Notes under the pieces: model-generated | Seen by the model: the letters and a program-made list of their open reading frames with translations, nothing else | What the model was told of the DNA's origin: nothing | Database searches by the model: none | In this document: one piece after another, positions 49,155 through 58,127 of the stretch | Numbering within the stretch: position 1 is the first letter of the stretch | How the letters are laid out: each line of letters opens with the position of its first letter | NCBI GenBank assembly: GCA_031425235.1 | Contig: JANPIZ010000004.1 | Location: 66,251 to 130,250 of the forward strand | From: Candidatus Nomurabacteria bacterium | GTDB taxonomy: Bacteria > Patescibacteriota > Minisyncoccia > Phycocordibacterales > UBA9973 | DNA length: 64,000 bases | Direction of reading: 5' to 3' | Position numbers and translations under genes: made by a program

Positions 49155-50901
49155 CTCGGAATACTTCTTCGAGGGTTGTCATTCCAAGGACTGCTTGGTA
49201 GACACCGTCTTCGAGCATAGTCATCATTCCCTCTTTTTTTGCTTGTATTTCTATGTCGTCCTGCGAGCTTCCTTTAATTATCATATCTCGAATCGTAGCA
49301 CTCACAGATAATACTTCGTGTATACCCGTACGACTCGAATAGCCGTCTTCAAGTTCATTGATTTTTTTAGCTTTATAAAAAGCAACTTTTTCCCACGTAT
49401 CTTTTGGTCCTACTAGTTTCTCTTCTTGAAGTAATTTAAGCATGCGATCGAGATCGACTATTTTTGAGAGATTTTTAATTTCTGCTTCGGATAAAAAATA
49501 TTTTTCCTTCTCGGGCACAAGCTTTCGTACTAAACGCTGAGCGATGATCGTTTTTACTGTCGCGGTTATCAAAAAAGGCTCGATACCCATATCTCGCATT
49601 CTCGGTATAGCGCCAGCAGCTGAGTTTGTATGGATAGTAGAGAGTACGAGGTGTCCGGTAAGTGAGGCATTGATAGCAAGACCGGCGGTTTCTCCATCGC
49701 GAATCTCGCCCACCATCACTATGTCGGGATCCTGCCTGAGAAGTGATCGCAGTCCGTTTGCAAAAGTAAGCCCAATTTCAGGCTTTACTTGGGTTTGGTT
49801 GACTCGCGGCATTTGATACTCGATGGGATCTTCAACAGTAGAAATATTTACTTCTGGTTTATTTAAAATATCGAGTATGGTATAGAGTGTAGTAGTTTTT
49901 CCAGAGCCTGTCGGACCTGTCGCAAGCACCATACCAGTTTTTTGTTTAAGTGAAGTATGGATTCGTTCTAAACCCTCACCATGAAATCCGAGCCCTTCGA
50001 GCGAAAATCCATGCGAGGTTTCTTTTAAAATTCTCATTACTGTTTTTTCACCATAAAAAGTTGGCAGCGTCGACACACGAAATGAAATTTTTTCACCATC
50101 TTGCTCTTTTTTAAACCTACCGTCCTGGGGCAATCTTTTTTCATCAAGTTTTAAATTCGCAAGCACTTTAATACGAGCAGTGATGCCTGCTGCAGCGTTC
50201 TTGTCGAGCACCATAGCATCATGCAGTATCCCGTCGATGCGATATCGTATCGTAAGTTCTTTCTCTCCTGGCTCGATATGAATATCGGATGCATTTTGAA
50301 GAACAGCGTGCACAATAAGCGAGTCGACAATTTTCACCACTGGTAAATCCTCAGCCATTTTCTGTAATTCCACTTCTGTTTTTTCCACTGACTTGTCTCC
50401 GTCTTCGACAACATCACCCAAGAGAGTGGTCGATTCTTTTTGAATTATATTTTGAAATTCAGACTGCAGGCTCTTCCGGTATTGAATAAGCACAGCACGT
50501 ATAGAGCTGGTGTCTGTGAGTCGAGGTAATATTTTAAAACCTGAACGCTTTTTTATAAAATCAATCACGGGTAAATCATCAACGTCAAGCATAGCTACTT
50601 CAAGCCCTTGAGTATTTTTTTTGTAAGCGACAATATTATAATTCCGAGCGATCGGCTCAGGTATTAAAGAAAGAACAGCAAAATCAATTTTTTCTGCGGA
50701 AAGATTGACGAATGGTATTCCTAAGACAAACGCTTCCATTCGTTTATAATCAATTTCAGAAATTTTACCTTCCGAAAGCAGTACATTGCCGAGTTTTTGT
50801 TTTTTTTCTTGCGCCTTTTTTACAGCTGCCTCAAAATCTGTTTTTGTAACAAGTCCTGACTCCAAAACAAATTTTTTAAATTGCTGTTCGTCAATTTGCA
50901 T
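49141..50901 (-). CDS. pilB: type IV pilus assembly ATPase PilB (GspE family)
   Basis: Walker A GPTGSGKTTTL, Asp/His boxes, N-terminal GspE_N domain. Confidence 0.9.
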   Translation of the reverse strand: MQIDEQQFKKFVLESGLVTKTDFEAAVKKAQEKKQKLGNVLLSEGKISEIDYKRMEAFVLGIPFVNLSAEKIDFAVLSLIPEPIARNYNIVAYKKNTQGLEVAMLDVDDLPVIDFIKKRSGFKILPRLTDTSSIRAVLIQYRKSLQSEFQNIIQKESTTLLGDVVEDGDKSVEKTEVELQKMAEDLPVVKIVDSLIVHAVLQNASDIHIEPGEKELTIRYRIDGILHDAMVLDKNAAAGITARIKVLANLKLDEKRLPQDGRFKKEQDGEKISFRVSTLPTFYGEKTVMRILKETSHGFSLEGLGFHGEGLERIHTSLKQKTGMVLATGPTGSGKTTTLYTILDILNKPEVNISTVEDPIEYQMPRVNQTQVKPEIGLTFANGLRSLLRQDPDIVMVGEIRDGETAGLAINASLTGHLVLSTIHTNSAAGAIPRMRDMGIEPFLITATVKTIIAQRLVRKLVPEKEKYFLSEAEIKNLSKIVDLDRMLKLLQEEKLVGPKDTWEKVAFYKAKKINELEDGYSSRTGIHEVLSVSATIRDMIIKGSSQDDIEIQAKKEGMMTMLEDGVYQAVLGMTTLEEVFRVVSE

Positions 50902-50930
50902 ATTTTAATTATAACAATAAACACTCCTCA

Positions 50931-50952
50931 TAAACAAATTAATTTGTTTATT
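50931..50952. promoter_or_regulatory. 22-bp perfect palindrome upstream of pilB (candidate operator)
   Basis: ataaacaaattaatttgtttat equals its reverse complement; ~30 nt upstream of the pilB ATG. Confidence 0.35.
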
Positions 50953-50974
50953 TTGATGATTAAAAAGTCGTTAC

Positions 50975-51006
50975 AAAAAAAATCCCCCATTACGGGGGAT
51001 TTTTTC
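50975..51006. terminator. bidirectional intrinsic terminator
   Basis: aaaaaaaatcccccattacgggggattttttc. Confidence 0.7.
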
Positions 51007-52571
51007 TAGTTCTCGATGAATATCGGTTTCTTTTTTAACTCAGTGCACGCTGCTGATGCTCCCCCATTTTTACCGTTGCATGTCCAAGTCCACTTAGAAA
51101 TACCGTTTACATTACTACCGCCTGTCGCGCTGCCGCTGGGATTTGTACCAACAACACAATTGTAATGATTGGCAGCACACTTGGCTGCAATAGGGAGAGG
51201 GCCACCAGGGCCTCCGGGGCCAGGACCCGCACACGCTTGAGTTGTAGGAGGTTGTGGAAGAGGGCATTGTGAGCCTCCGTTTGACGGAGGAATACATGTA
51301 ACTGTTCGAGTTCGTACTCCGTTAATACATGGTCCCCAATCACCTGTTTCCCAACGTCCATCAATCGGTGCATTTTCTTCTACGCACAAGCTTCCGTTGT
51401 ACTTAGCTCCCTGCTCACATCTTGCTGTGATAGGTGCTTGGGCTAGAATTAAATTATTATGATACAAATAAAATGTACTTGACCCTTCGTTCACTATGTT
51501 CGAAAAATTTGTGGCTGAAGTATTTGTAGACACCGTTGTATTGTTGGGATTATTCCTTGTTACAGCAGTATTAGCCCCAGGAACACGATTTTGTGTGTCC
51601 CAAGTTACTGAAGAAGTACATGTAGAGCTTCCGATGGGTATGGTGCAAGAAGTTGCTGATATAGTTCCTGACGGAGCTATGTCTGCAGAACAGGTGCTAC
51701 CATTCCATGTGCTGTTTCCGCCACAGGTAGTAGTTACTGTCGCCAACGCCAGCTGCTCTGAATTATTGTATAAATAAAAAGTAGTTACACCGTCAAAATC
51801 AGTATTGTATCGAACTGTAAAAAGTTGAGATCCATTATTGCCATTGGCTGAACTTGGTGTTGCTCCTCCATTATTAGTAACTGCTGAAGTGCCTACGGGA
51901 TTAGTTGTAGTCCATGTTAATGTTTGAGTGCAGGTGCTTTGCCCAGAAGGAATAGTGCAGGTTGATGATGGTGGGATAAGGGTGCCGGACATGGGGGAGG
52001 TAGTTCTAGTTATGGTGAAGGTGCGAGACATAGGAAGCGGATCTAAGGGATGACCTTGAGTATCATAATACTCATTACCTTGACTCATAACTCCATAAAA
52101 ATCAGGGTATTGAGAACATGAATATCCTGGCAATTGACAATTAGGATTATCAACAGCTGGATTGGGATTATTATTATATATAGTTGCCGTTATTGTATAG
52201 ATTCCTGCAGACCACGCAGAAACATCTACGGTATGATTTATGAAACTATTCGCTGCCCCAGATTGGAACATTACTGTGCCAACACTATTAGTAATAATAT
52301 AGTTTAAGCTAGTTTGTCTATCTATAACACCGCTGCCACTATTTGTATGAGGATTATAATGACTACAAAACCAACTTCTTTCCCCAGATATGTTTACATT
52401 AATATTGCTTGGGTTGGAGTACACACCTGTAGGGCTATTCATAGTAGATATACTAGGATGGACTGCAGGCTCATTACCACAACTAGCAAGAGCAATTTCT
52501 GACTTAAAAAACACTCCGGAGACTACTAACAGGCTCACTAAAACAAAAAGGTTAAAAAATTTTAATTTCAT
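51006..52571 (-). CDS. secreted T/S/N-rich protein with Cys-rich C-terminal region (hypothetical; adjacent to pilus cluster)
   Basis: Signal peptide (LFVLVSLLVVSGVFF), low-complexity T/S/N-rich body, multiple paired Cys in the C-terminal third. Confidence 0.45.
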   Translation of the reverse strand: MKLKFFNLFVLVSLLVVSGVFFKSEIALASCGNEPAVHPSISTMNSPTGVYSNPSNINVNISGERSWFCSHYNPHTNSGSGVIDRQTSLNYIITNSVGTVMFQSGAANSFINHTVDVSAWSAGIYTITATIYNNNPNPAVDNPNCQLPGYSCSQYPDFYGVMSQGNEYYDTQGHPLDPLPMSRTFTITRTTSPMSGTLIPPSSTCTIPSGQSTCTQTLTWTTTNPVGTSAVTNNGGATPSSANGNNGSQLFTVRYNTDFDGVTTFYLYNNSEQLALATVTTTCGGNSTWNGSTCSADIAPSGTISATSCTIPIGSSTCTSSVTWDTQNRVPGANTAVTRNNPNNTTVSTNTSATNFSNIVNEGSSTFYLYHNNLILAQAPITARCEQGAKYNGSLCVEENAPIDGRWETGDWGPCINGVRTRTVTCIPPSNGGSQCPLPQPPTTQACAGPGPGGPGGPLPIAAKCAANHYNCVVGTNPSGSATGGSNVNGISKWTWTCNGKNGGASAACTELKKKPIFIEN

Positions 52572-52611
52572 ATTATGTTGATTTTACCTATAATACCTCC
52601 ATTATACTAAA

Positions 52612-52638
52612 TATACTTACAAAGTATATTTAGTATGT
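52612..52638. promoter_or_regulatory. perfect 12-bp-arm inverted repeat in divergent region upstream of nusA
   Basis: ctaaatatactt-aca-aagtatatttag. Confidence 0.35.
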
Positions 52639-52795
52639 GTATAACTCAACGAACAAGACTACATTGCGTTCATTTTATAATTGTGGTATATTGGATTTGT
52701 ATAAGTCCTGTGCCAACAGGGCTTTTAATTTTAGAAACTTAATAAAAGAGCGTCGCGCTAATTTGACGGTTGCGTGACGTGATTTCGCAAAATCA

Positions 52796-53947
52796 ATGTT
52801 AGACTTAAAAACATTCAAATCAGCTCTGGAACAACTAGAACAAGACAGAAAAATACCAAAAGAAAAAATACTAGACGCAATTGAGCAAGCGATGGCCGCC
52901 GCCTACAAAAAAGATTACGGGAAAAAAGGACAAATCATCCGAGCAAAATTCGACCTTGATACTGGTAAGACCAATTTTTATCAAGTAAAGATCGTGGTAG
53001 ATGAATCTATTGCAATTTTAGACGGAGAAGATGACAGTTCCGACGATGAGTCAGACGAGCGCGTTCATTTTAATGCCGAGCATCATATACTTCTCGAAGA
53101 TGCTAAAAAAATAAAAAAGGACGCTGAACTAAATGATGAGATGATATTCCCCCTCGAGGCAAAAGAGGACTATGGCCGTATTGCTGCCCAAACAGCCAAG
53201 CAGGTTATAATTCAGAAAATTCGGGAAGCAGAACGTGTGTCTATCATCGATGAATATGGCACAAAAGAAGGAGAAATCATTTCTGGTATAGTACAAAAAG
53301 TGGAACGAGGTAATATTTATATTGATTTCAATCGTGCTACAGGGATATTACCTGCGGAAGAGCAGATCCCAGGAGAATTCTGGGAACGGGGACGAAGAAT
53401 CCGAGCATATCTATACTCAGTGGAAGACACTCAACGGGGTATAAATCTACGTCTTTCACGCACGCATCCTAAATTCATAGAGAAGCTTTTCATGATGGAA
53501 GCTCCAGAAATACAGAATGGGGTTGTAGAAATAAAATCTATCGCTCGCGAAGCGGGAGCACGTTCCAAAATTGGTGTATATTCAAACGATGAACATATCG
53601 ATGCTGTCGGCTCATGTGTCGGACAAAAAGGTACTCGTGTAAACACTATAACGCAAGAACTCGGCGGAGAAAAAATCGATATTATCCCTTGGTCTGCAGA
53701 TCCAAAAATGTTTGTCACCAACGCTCTTTCACCCGCAAAAGTCATTTCTATTGAAATCGATGAGAAAGAGCATAAAGCTATCGTCGAAGTGGGCGACGAT
53801 CAACTCTCCCTCGCAATTGGTAAAGGTGGACAAAATGTACGCCTTGCTGCCAAGCTTACTGGTTGGAGAATAGACATCAAAGGTGATGGAAAGATGGTAA
53901 GCTCTGAGGAAGATGCAGAAGAAGTAGTTGAAAAAACTGAGGAATAG
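52796..53947 (+). CDS. nusA: transcription termination/antitermination factor NusA
   Basis: NusA N-terminal domain, S1 domain (GEIISGIVQKVERGNIYIDF), two KH domains. Confidence 0.9.
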   Translation: MLDLKTFKSALEQLEQDRKIPKEKILDAIEQAMAAAYKKDYGKKGQIIRAKFDLDTGKTNFYQVKIVVDESIAILDGEDDSSDDESDERVHFNAEHHILLEDAKKIKKDAELNDEMIFPLEAKEDYGRIAAQTAKQVIIQKIREAERVSIIDEYGTKEGEIISGIVQKVERGNIYIDFNRATGILPAEEQIPGEFWERGRRIRAYLYSVEDTQRGINLRLSRTHPKFIEKLFMMEAPEIQNGVVEIKSIAREAGARSKIGVYSNDEHIDAVGSCVGQKGTRVNTITQELGGEKIDIIPWSADPKMFVTNALSPAKVISIEIDEKEHKAIVEVGDDQLSLAIGKGGQNVRLAAKLTGWRIDIKGDGKMVSSEEDAEEVVEKTEE

Positions 53948-53961
53948 AATATAATAAAAAT

Positions 53962-54507
53962 ATGAACTTGTGGCACGACATAACAATAGGAAAAAATGTA
54001 CCTGAAGAATTTAATTGTATAGTCGAAATTCCAAAGGGCTCACATAATAAGTATGAGATAGATAAGGAAACAGGTCTTATAGGTCTTGACCGCGCAAATT
54101 ATAATTCTGCGCCATACCCTTTTGATTACGCTTTTATTCCTCAAACTCTGTGGGATGATGGAGATGCGCTTGATGTAATAATTCTTACTACCTACCCACT
54201 CGAAGTAGGGATAATGGTTGCTGCGCGACCAATCGCAATCATGGATATGAATGATTCGGGTGAGTCGGACGCAAAAATAATTGCGGTGCCGGTAAACGAC
54301 AGAAGGTTTGAAGGTATACAAGATTTAAATGACTTAAACAAGCATATGCTTAAAGAATATGCTCATTTTTTTGAAACATACAAAATACTAAAGGGAGATG
54401 ACCCTCGTAAATATCCCGTAACTATTTCAGGCTATAAAGACAAAAGTGAAGCAATAAAGGCAATCAATCACTCAATTAAATTATATAACGATAAATTTAA
54501 TAAATAA
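53962..54507 (+). CDS. ppa: inorganic pyrophosphatase (family I)
   Basis: EIPKGS..KYE, DGDALDVI motifs. Confidence 0.9.
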   Translation: MNLWHDITIGKNVPEEFNCIVEIPKGSHNKYEIDKETGLIGLDRANYNSAPYPFDYAFIPQTLWDDGDALDVIILTTYPLEVGIMVAARPIAIMDMNDSGESDAKIIAVPVNDRRFEGIQDLNDLNKHMLKEYAHFFETYKILKGDDPRKYPVTISGYKDKSEAIKAINHSIKLYNDKFNK

Positions 54508-54575
54508 TGGGAGTAAGAAAAATAATCCCAAATGGTGAACCGTAAATTTTAGCACAAGCTAGAATTGGAGCCCTT

Positions 54576-55103
54576 GTGGTTTTTCCTGTACTTGTTGATT
54601 CTGGAAATGGACATGAAGAAAAAATGTTTGAAAAATTCGTGCGCCCGCCAGGTACACGAATTATCGCATCAAAAGATGATAAAATATTTTTGCAAAAAGA
54701 AATACGGTTAGAAACAAATAATACATTCGATTGGCGCCTACCAGGAGGTAAGGTCATGGATAGTTTTGATGAGTATAAAGATTTTATCGGCAAGGAAATC
54801 CCTGAAAAAATTATATTAGAGGCTGGTATAAAAGAACTACGCGAAGAAGCTCTTCTGAACACAGACACAATTAAAATGTTTAAGAAATCCACGTGCGGAG
54901 CATTAGTGGAGTGGGATTTATATTATTTAGTAGCTGAAAACACGAGCCCCGTTGAACACACGCATGATGAAGGAGAAGAAATAATAGAGGGAAAATGGTT
55001 TTCCGCTGATGAAATTCTAGAAATGTGTAAAAATGGAGAAATTGATGAAGATCGAACTGTATCTGCATTGTACCAATTCATACATAAAAGTTTGAATAAC
55101 TAA
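54576..55103 (+). CDS. Nudix hydrolase
   Basis: LPGGKV...GIKELREEAL Nudix-box-like segment. Confidence 0.6.
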   Translation: MVFPVLVDSGNGHEEKMFEKFVRPPGTRIIASKDDKIFLQKEIRLETNNTFDWRLPGGKVMDSFDEYKDFIGKEIPEKIILEAGIKELREEALLNTDTIKMFKKSTCGALVEWDLYYLVAENTSPVEHTHDEGEEIIEGKWFSADEILEMCKNGEIDEDRTVSALYQFIHKSLNN

Positions 55104-55191
55104 CATTGCGCGAAAACACTAATACGTTGTATAATTAATGGAGGCCTTTTATTTTTTACAAAGGTTTAATTATAAGTTTAACTTTAAAATT

Positions 55192-55911
55192 ATGAAAAAA
55201 TATTTAAGTTTATTGATTGTTTTGTTGTTAGTGGGTACAGTGGGTATAAGTGCAGCACGAGCAGAGACTAGTGTCAGTCTTGACGCTCAAGGTGAAGTTA
55301 AGCTCGACGGAAGTGGAGGAAAAATGCAAGAACTTCGAAAGGAAATGCAAGATAAAAAAATGGAGCTAAAAGCAGGATTCGAAGCAAAAAGACAAGAAAT
55401 GAAGACTAAGTGGGAAAGCTTGAGACTCGAAGCAAAAGCAAAAATGGAAGCCTTGAAAGAAAAAGTTAAAGAGGAAAAGGACGCGGCAAAAGCAAAGATA
55501 AAAGAACTCAGAATCACTGGACGTGAAAACGCGCTAGCTCGATTTGACGTCGCAATTAGTAGGATGAGTACACTTTCTGACAAAGTCAGCCTTCACATTA
55601 CGAATCTAAAAGCAAAAGATATAGATGTGACTGCGGCAACAGCTTTTGTTGTCACAGCCGACGCAAAGCTAGAAGCAGCAAAAGCTAAAACAGTCGCAGT
55701 AAACGAATTGCTTTCAAAGTCGGTTGACCAGCTTACCGCCGAAGAAAAAACAAAATTACGAACCCTCACTCAAGAGACACAAGCGCTTCTTCAAGATGCT
55801 CGCCAAGCATTGAAGGAAGCCGTAAAAGCACTCAAGGAAGCCGTAAGAATAAAAATAGAGGCCAAGGCAAAAGTAAAAGCTGAAACAAGTACTGAGGCAA
55901 CCACTCAATAA
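55192..55911 (+). CDS. secreted coiled-coil K/E/A-rich protein (hypothetical)
   Basis: Signal peptide MKKYLSLLIVLLLVGTVGISAARA, then long K/E/A-rich helical repeats; ORF extends upstream to 55138. Confidence 0.5.
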   Translation: MKKYLSLLIVLLLVGTVGISAARAETSVSLDAQGEVKLDGSGGKMQELRKEMQDKKMELKAGFEAKRQEMKTKWESLRLEAKAKMEALKEKVKEEKDAAKAKIKELRITGRENALARFDVAISRMSTLSDKVSLHITNLKAKDIDVTAATAFVVTADAKLEAAKAKTVAVNELLSKSVDQLTAEEKTKLRTLTQETQALLQDARQALKEAVKALKEAVRIKIEAKAKVKAETSTEATTQ

Positions 55912-55940
55912 ATATATTTTATAAATTTTAACAAAAAATT

Positions 55941-56195
55941 ATGGACACAGAAAAAAAATCAAATGGAGCAGTTATAGGTTTGGTGATCATTATACTTATC
56001 CTGGTGATTGGAGGTATCTATATGTGGCAAAGTAATGCGGGTACTGACACGATAGAAAACTCAACACAGGGAGAAACTCCAACCGAAAGTGGCTCTATCA
56101 CAGCGGAAGACTCCGCAAATCTCGACACCTTAGACAAGGATCTTGATGGAGCAAACACAAACATAGACGCAGCTGCAATAAATAGTGTGCAGTAA
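55941..56195 (+). CDS. small single-pass membrane protein (hypothetical)
   Basis: 84 aa, TM AVIGLVIIILILVIGGIYMW. Confidence 0.4.
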   Translation: MDTEKKSNGAVIGLVIIILILVIGGIYMWQSNAGTDTIENSTQGETPTESGSITAEDSANLDTLDKDLDGANTNIDAAAINSVQ

Positions 56196-56288
56196 TTTGC
56201 TCGTAAAAAATAACCCTATGGCTTTTACGAGTCATAAGGTTATTTTTTTTGACAAAATACACTAATATATATAAGATACATATACTTG

Positions 56289-56354
56289 TCCCGTAGTAAA
56301 TTTTTGATTACGGAACATAAAAATACACCTTATTAGTTAAAATTTTACTACTGG
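56289..56354. repeat. intergenic inverted-repeat element (family A) in tig 5' UTR, abutting the start codon
   Basis: cccgtagtaaatttttg ...~33 nt... aaaattttactactggg then ATG; upstream TTGACA-17-TAAGAT candidate promoter at ~56249. Confidence 0.7.
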
Positions 56355-56355
56355 G

Positions 56356-57465
56356 ATGCTAAAAACAAAAATCACAAAACTACCAAAAAGTGAGGTTGAA
56401 ATAGAGGGTTCACTACATGAAGACGCCTTTGAACAGTACTACAGCAAGGCACTTAAAAACATAGGCGCAAATGTAGAGCTTGATGGATTTAGGAAAGGTA
56501 AAGTTCCTGAAAGTGTTCTTGTTTCTAACATTCCAGAAAATCATATATTGGAAGAAATGGCTCAGCTTGCAATAAACGAACACTACCCCAACATATTAGA
56601 AAGTGAAAAAATTGATGCTATCAGTCGACCAGAAATTTCCATTACTAAACTCGCTCGAAAAAATCCACTTGAGTTTAAAATCAAAACAGCGATATTACCG
56701 CACATAACACTCCCTGACTATAAAACAATAGCCAAAGATATCTCGGCAAGTGTTACCGATGCAGAAAAAAATGTAGTGGTGTCTGACGATGATGTCGAAA
56801 ATGCTATTTTGGATATTAGAAAATCTCGTGCGCCGCGAACACATGTAACGGAAGTAGCTACAGAGGAGAACAAAGAAACACCCGAAAACACAGAACCAAA
56901 AGTAGAACCTGCCCGCAATGCTTCTGACATAGCTGATGCAGGCGGGGAACTCCCAGAATTCAATGATGAATTTGTGAAAAATCTTGGACCATTTGAAAAT
57001 GTCAAAGATTTTAAAAATAAATTAAAAATAAATTTGAAACTCGAGAAAGAAAACGCTCAGAAAGAAAAAACAAGATTGAAAATCATTGAAGAAATAATTG
57101 AAAAAAGCCATCTTGAAGTACCTGAAATTCTTATTGATATCGAAGTCAATAAAATTTTGCAAAAAATGGAAGCAGATATAACTCAAATGGGCTTAAAATT
57201 TGAGGATTATTTAAAGCACATAAACAAAACCATTGAAGACTTAAAAAAAGAATTCCGCATTGATGGCGAGAAAAAAGCTAAACTTTCACTTATCTTAAAT
57301 GAAATATCTAAGGTAGAAAAGATAGTCCCCGATCCTGAGCTTGTAAAAAAAGAAGTCGAGGCTATCATGGAACACTACAAAGATGCTGACCTCGAACGAG
57401 CAATAATGCATGTAGAAAATGTGTTAGTTAATGATCAAATTTTCAAACTTCTTGAAACTCAATAA
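56356..57465 (+). CDS. tig: trigger factor (short form, apparently lacking PPIase domain) with in-frame mini-element insertion
   Basis: DGFRKGKVP hallmark; 369 aa; PARNASDIADAGG inserted just before conserved ELPEFNDEF. Confidence 0.8.
   Translation: MLKTKITKLPKSEVEIEGSLHEDAFEQYYSKALKNIGANVELDGFRKGKVPESVLVSNIPENHILEEMAQLAINEHYPNILESEKIDAISRPEISITKLARKNPLEFKIKTAILPHITLPDYKTIAKDISASVTDAEKNVVVSDDDVENAILDIRKSRAPRTHVTEVATEENKETPENTEPKVEPARNASDIADAGGELPEFNDEFVKNLGPFENVKDFKNKLKINLKLEKENAQKEKTRLKIIEEIIEKSHLEVPEILIDIEVNKILQKMEADITQMGLKFEDYLKHINKTIEDLKKEFRIDGEKKAKLSLILNEISKVEKIVPDPELVKKEVEAIMEHYKDADLERAIMHVENVLVNDQIFKLLETQ
56908..56947 (+). repeat. palindromic mini-element copy in frame in tig
   Basis: cctgcccgcaatgcttctgacatagctgatgcaggcgggg (central hairpin degenerate in this copy). 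Confidence 0.85.
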
Positions 57466-57518
57466 AGGAGGGGAAATCATAAGTTGAAAAAAGTTGGGAA
57501 AAGATATATTATGTATTT

Positions 57519-58124
57519 ATGTTAATACCAACTGTTATAGAAAAATCACAATTTGGTGAACGAGCGTATGATATATACTCACGTTTGCTCCGTGAACGTA
57601 TCATATTTTTAAGTGGCCCTATCGATGACCATGCTTCCAATATCATCATTGCTCAGCTTCTTTTCCTGGAATCAGAAGATTCGAAAAAAGATATATTTCT
57701 ATACATAAACTCTCCTGGTGGGTCAGTTACATCCACTCTCGCGATAGTCGACACCATGAACCACGTCCGTCCTGATATCGCTACATTTTGCGTAGGGCTC
57801 GCTGCTTCGGGTGCTGCTATCGTATTGTCGTCTGGTAAAAAAGGCAAAAGGTACGTGCTGCCAAATGCTGAAATTATGATTCATCAACCTCTTGGTGGTG
57901 TCGAAGGCCAGGCGTCCGATATTGCGATCACTGCAAAACACATCCTTAAAACAAGAGATAATTTAAACAAGATGCTCGCAAAAAATACAGGAAAATCTGT
58001 GTCTCAGATAGAAAAAGATGTAGAGAGAGACTTTTTCATGGACGCTGATGAAGCCAAGAAATACGGTATTATTGACGAAATAGTTACAAAATCAAAAATT
58101 CCAGAGAAAAAATCGAGTAACTAA
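57519..58124 (+). CDS. clpP: ATP-dependent Clp protease proteolytic subunit
   Basis: [12 protein letters not shown], catalytic Ser context GLAAS, His (MIHQP), Asp. Confidence 0.9.
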   Translation: MLIPTVIEKSQFGERAYDIYSRLLRERIIFLSGPIDDHASNIIIAQLLFLESEDSKKDIFLYINSPGGSVTSTLAIVDTMNHVRPDIATFCVGLAASGAAIVLSSGKKGKRYVLPNAEIMIHQPLGGVEGQASDIAITAKHILKTRDNLNKMLAKNTGKSVSQIEKDVERDFFMDADEAKKYGIIDEIVTKSKIPEKKSSN

Positions 58125-58127
58125 AAA

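Noticed and set aside
52660-52690. Possible second SOS box (gaacaagactacattgcgttc) upstream of nusA
   Set aside because: The spacing is GAAC-N13-GTTC, not N4, and the arms are not a clean inverted repeat.
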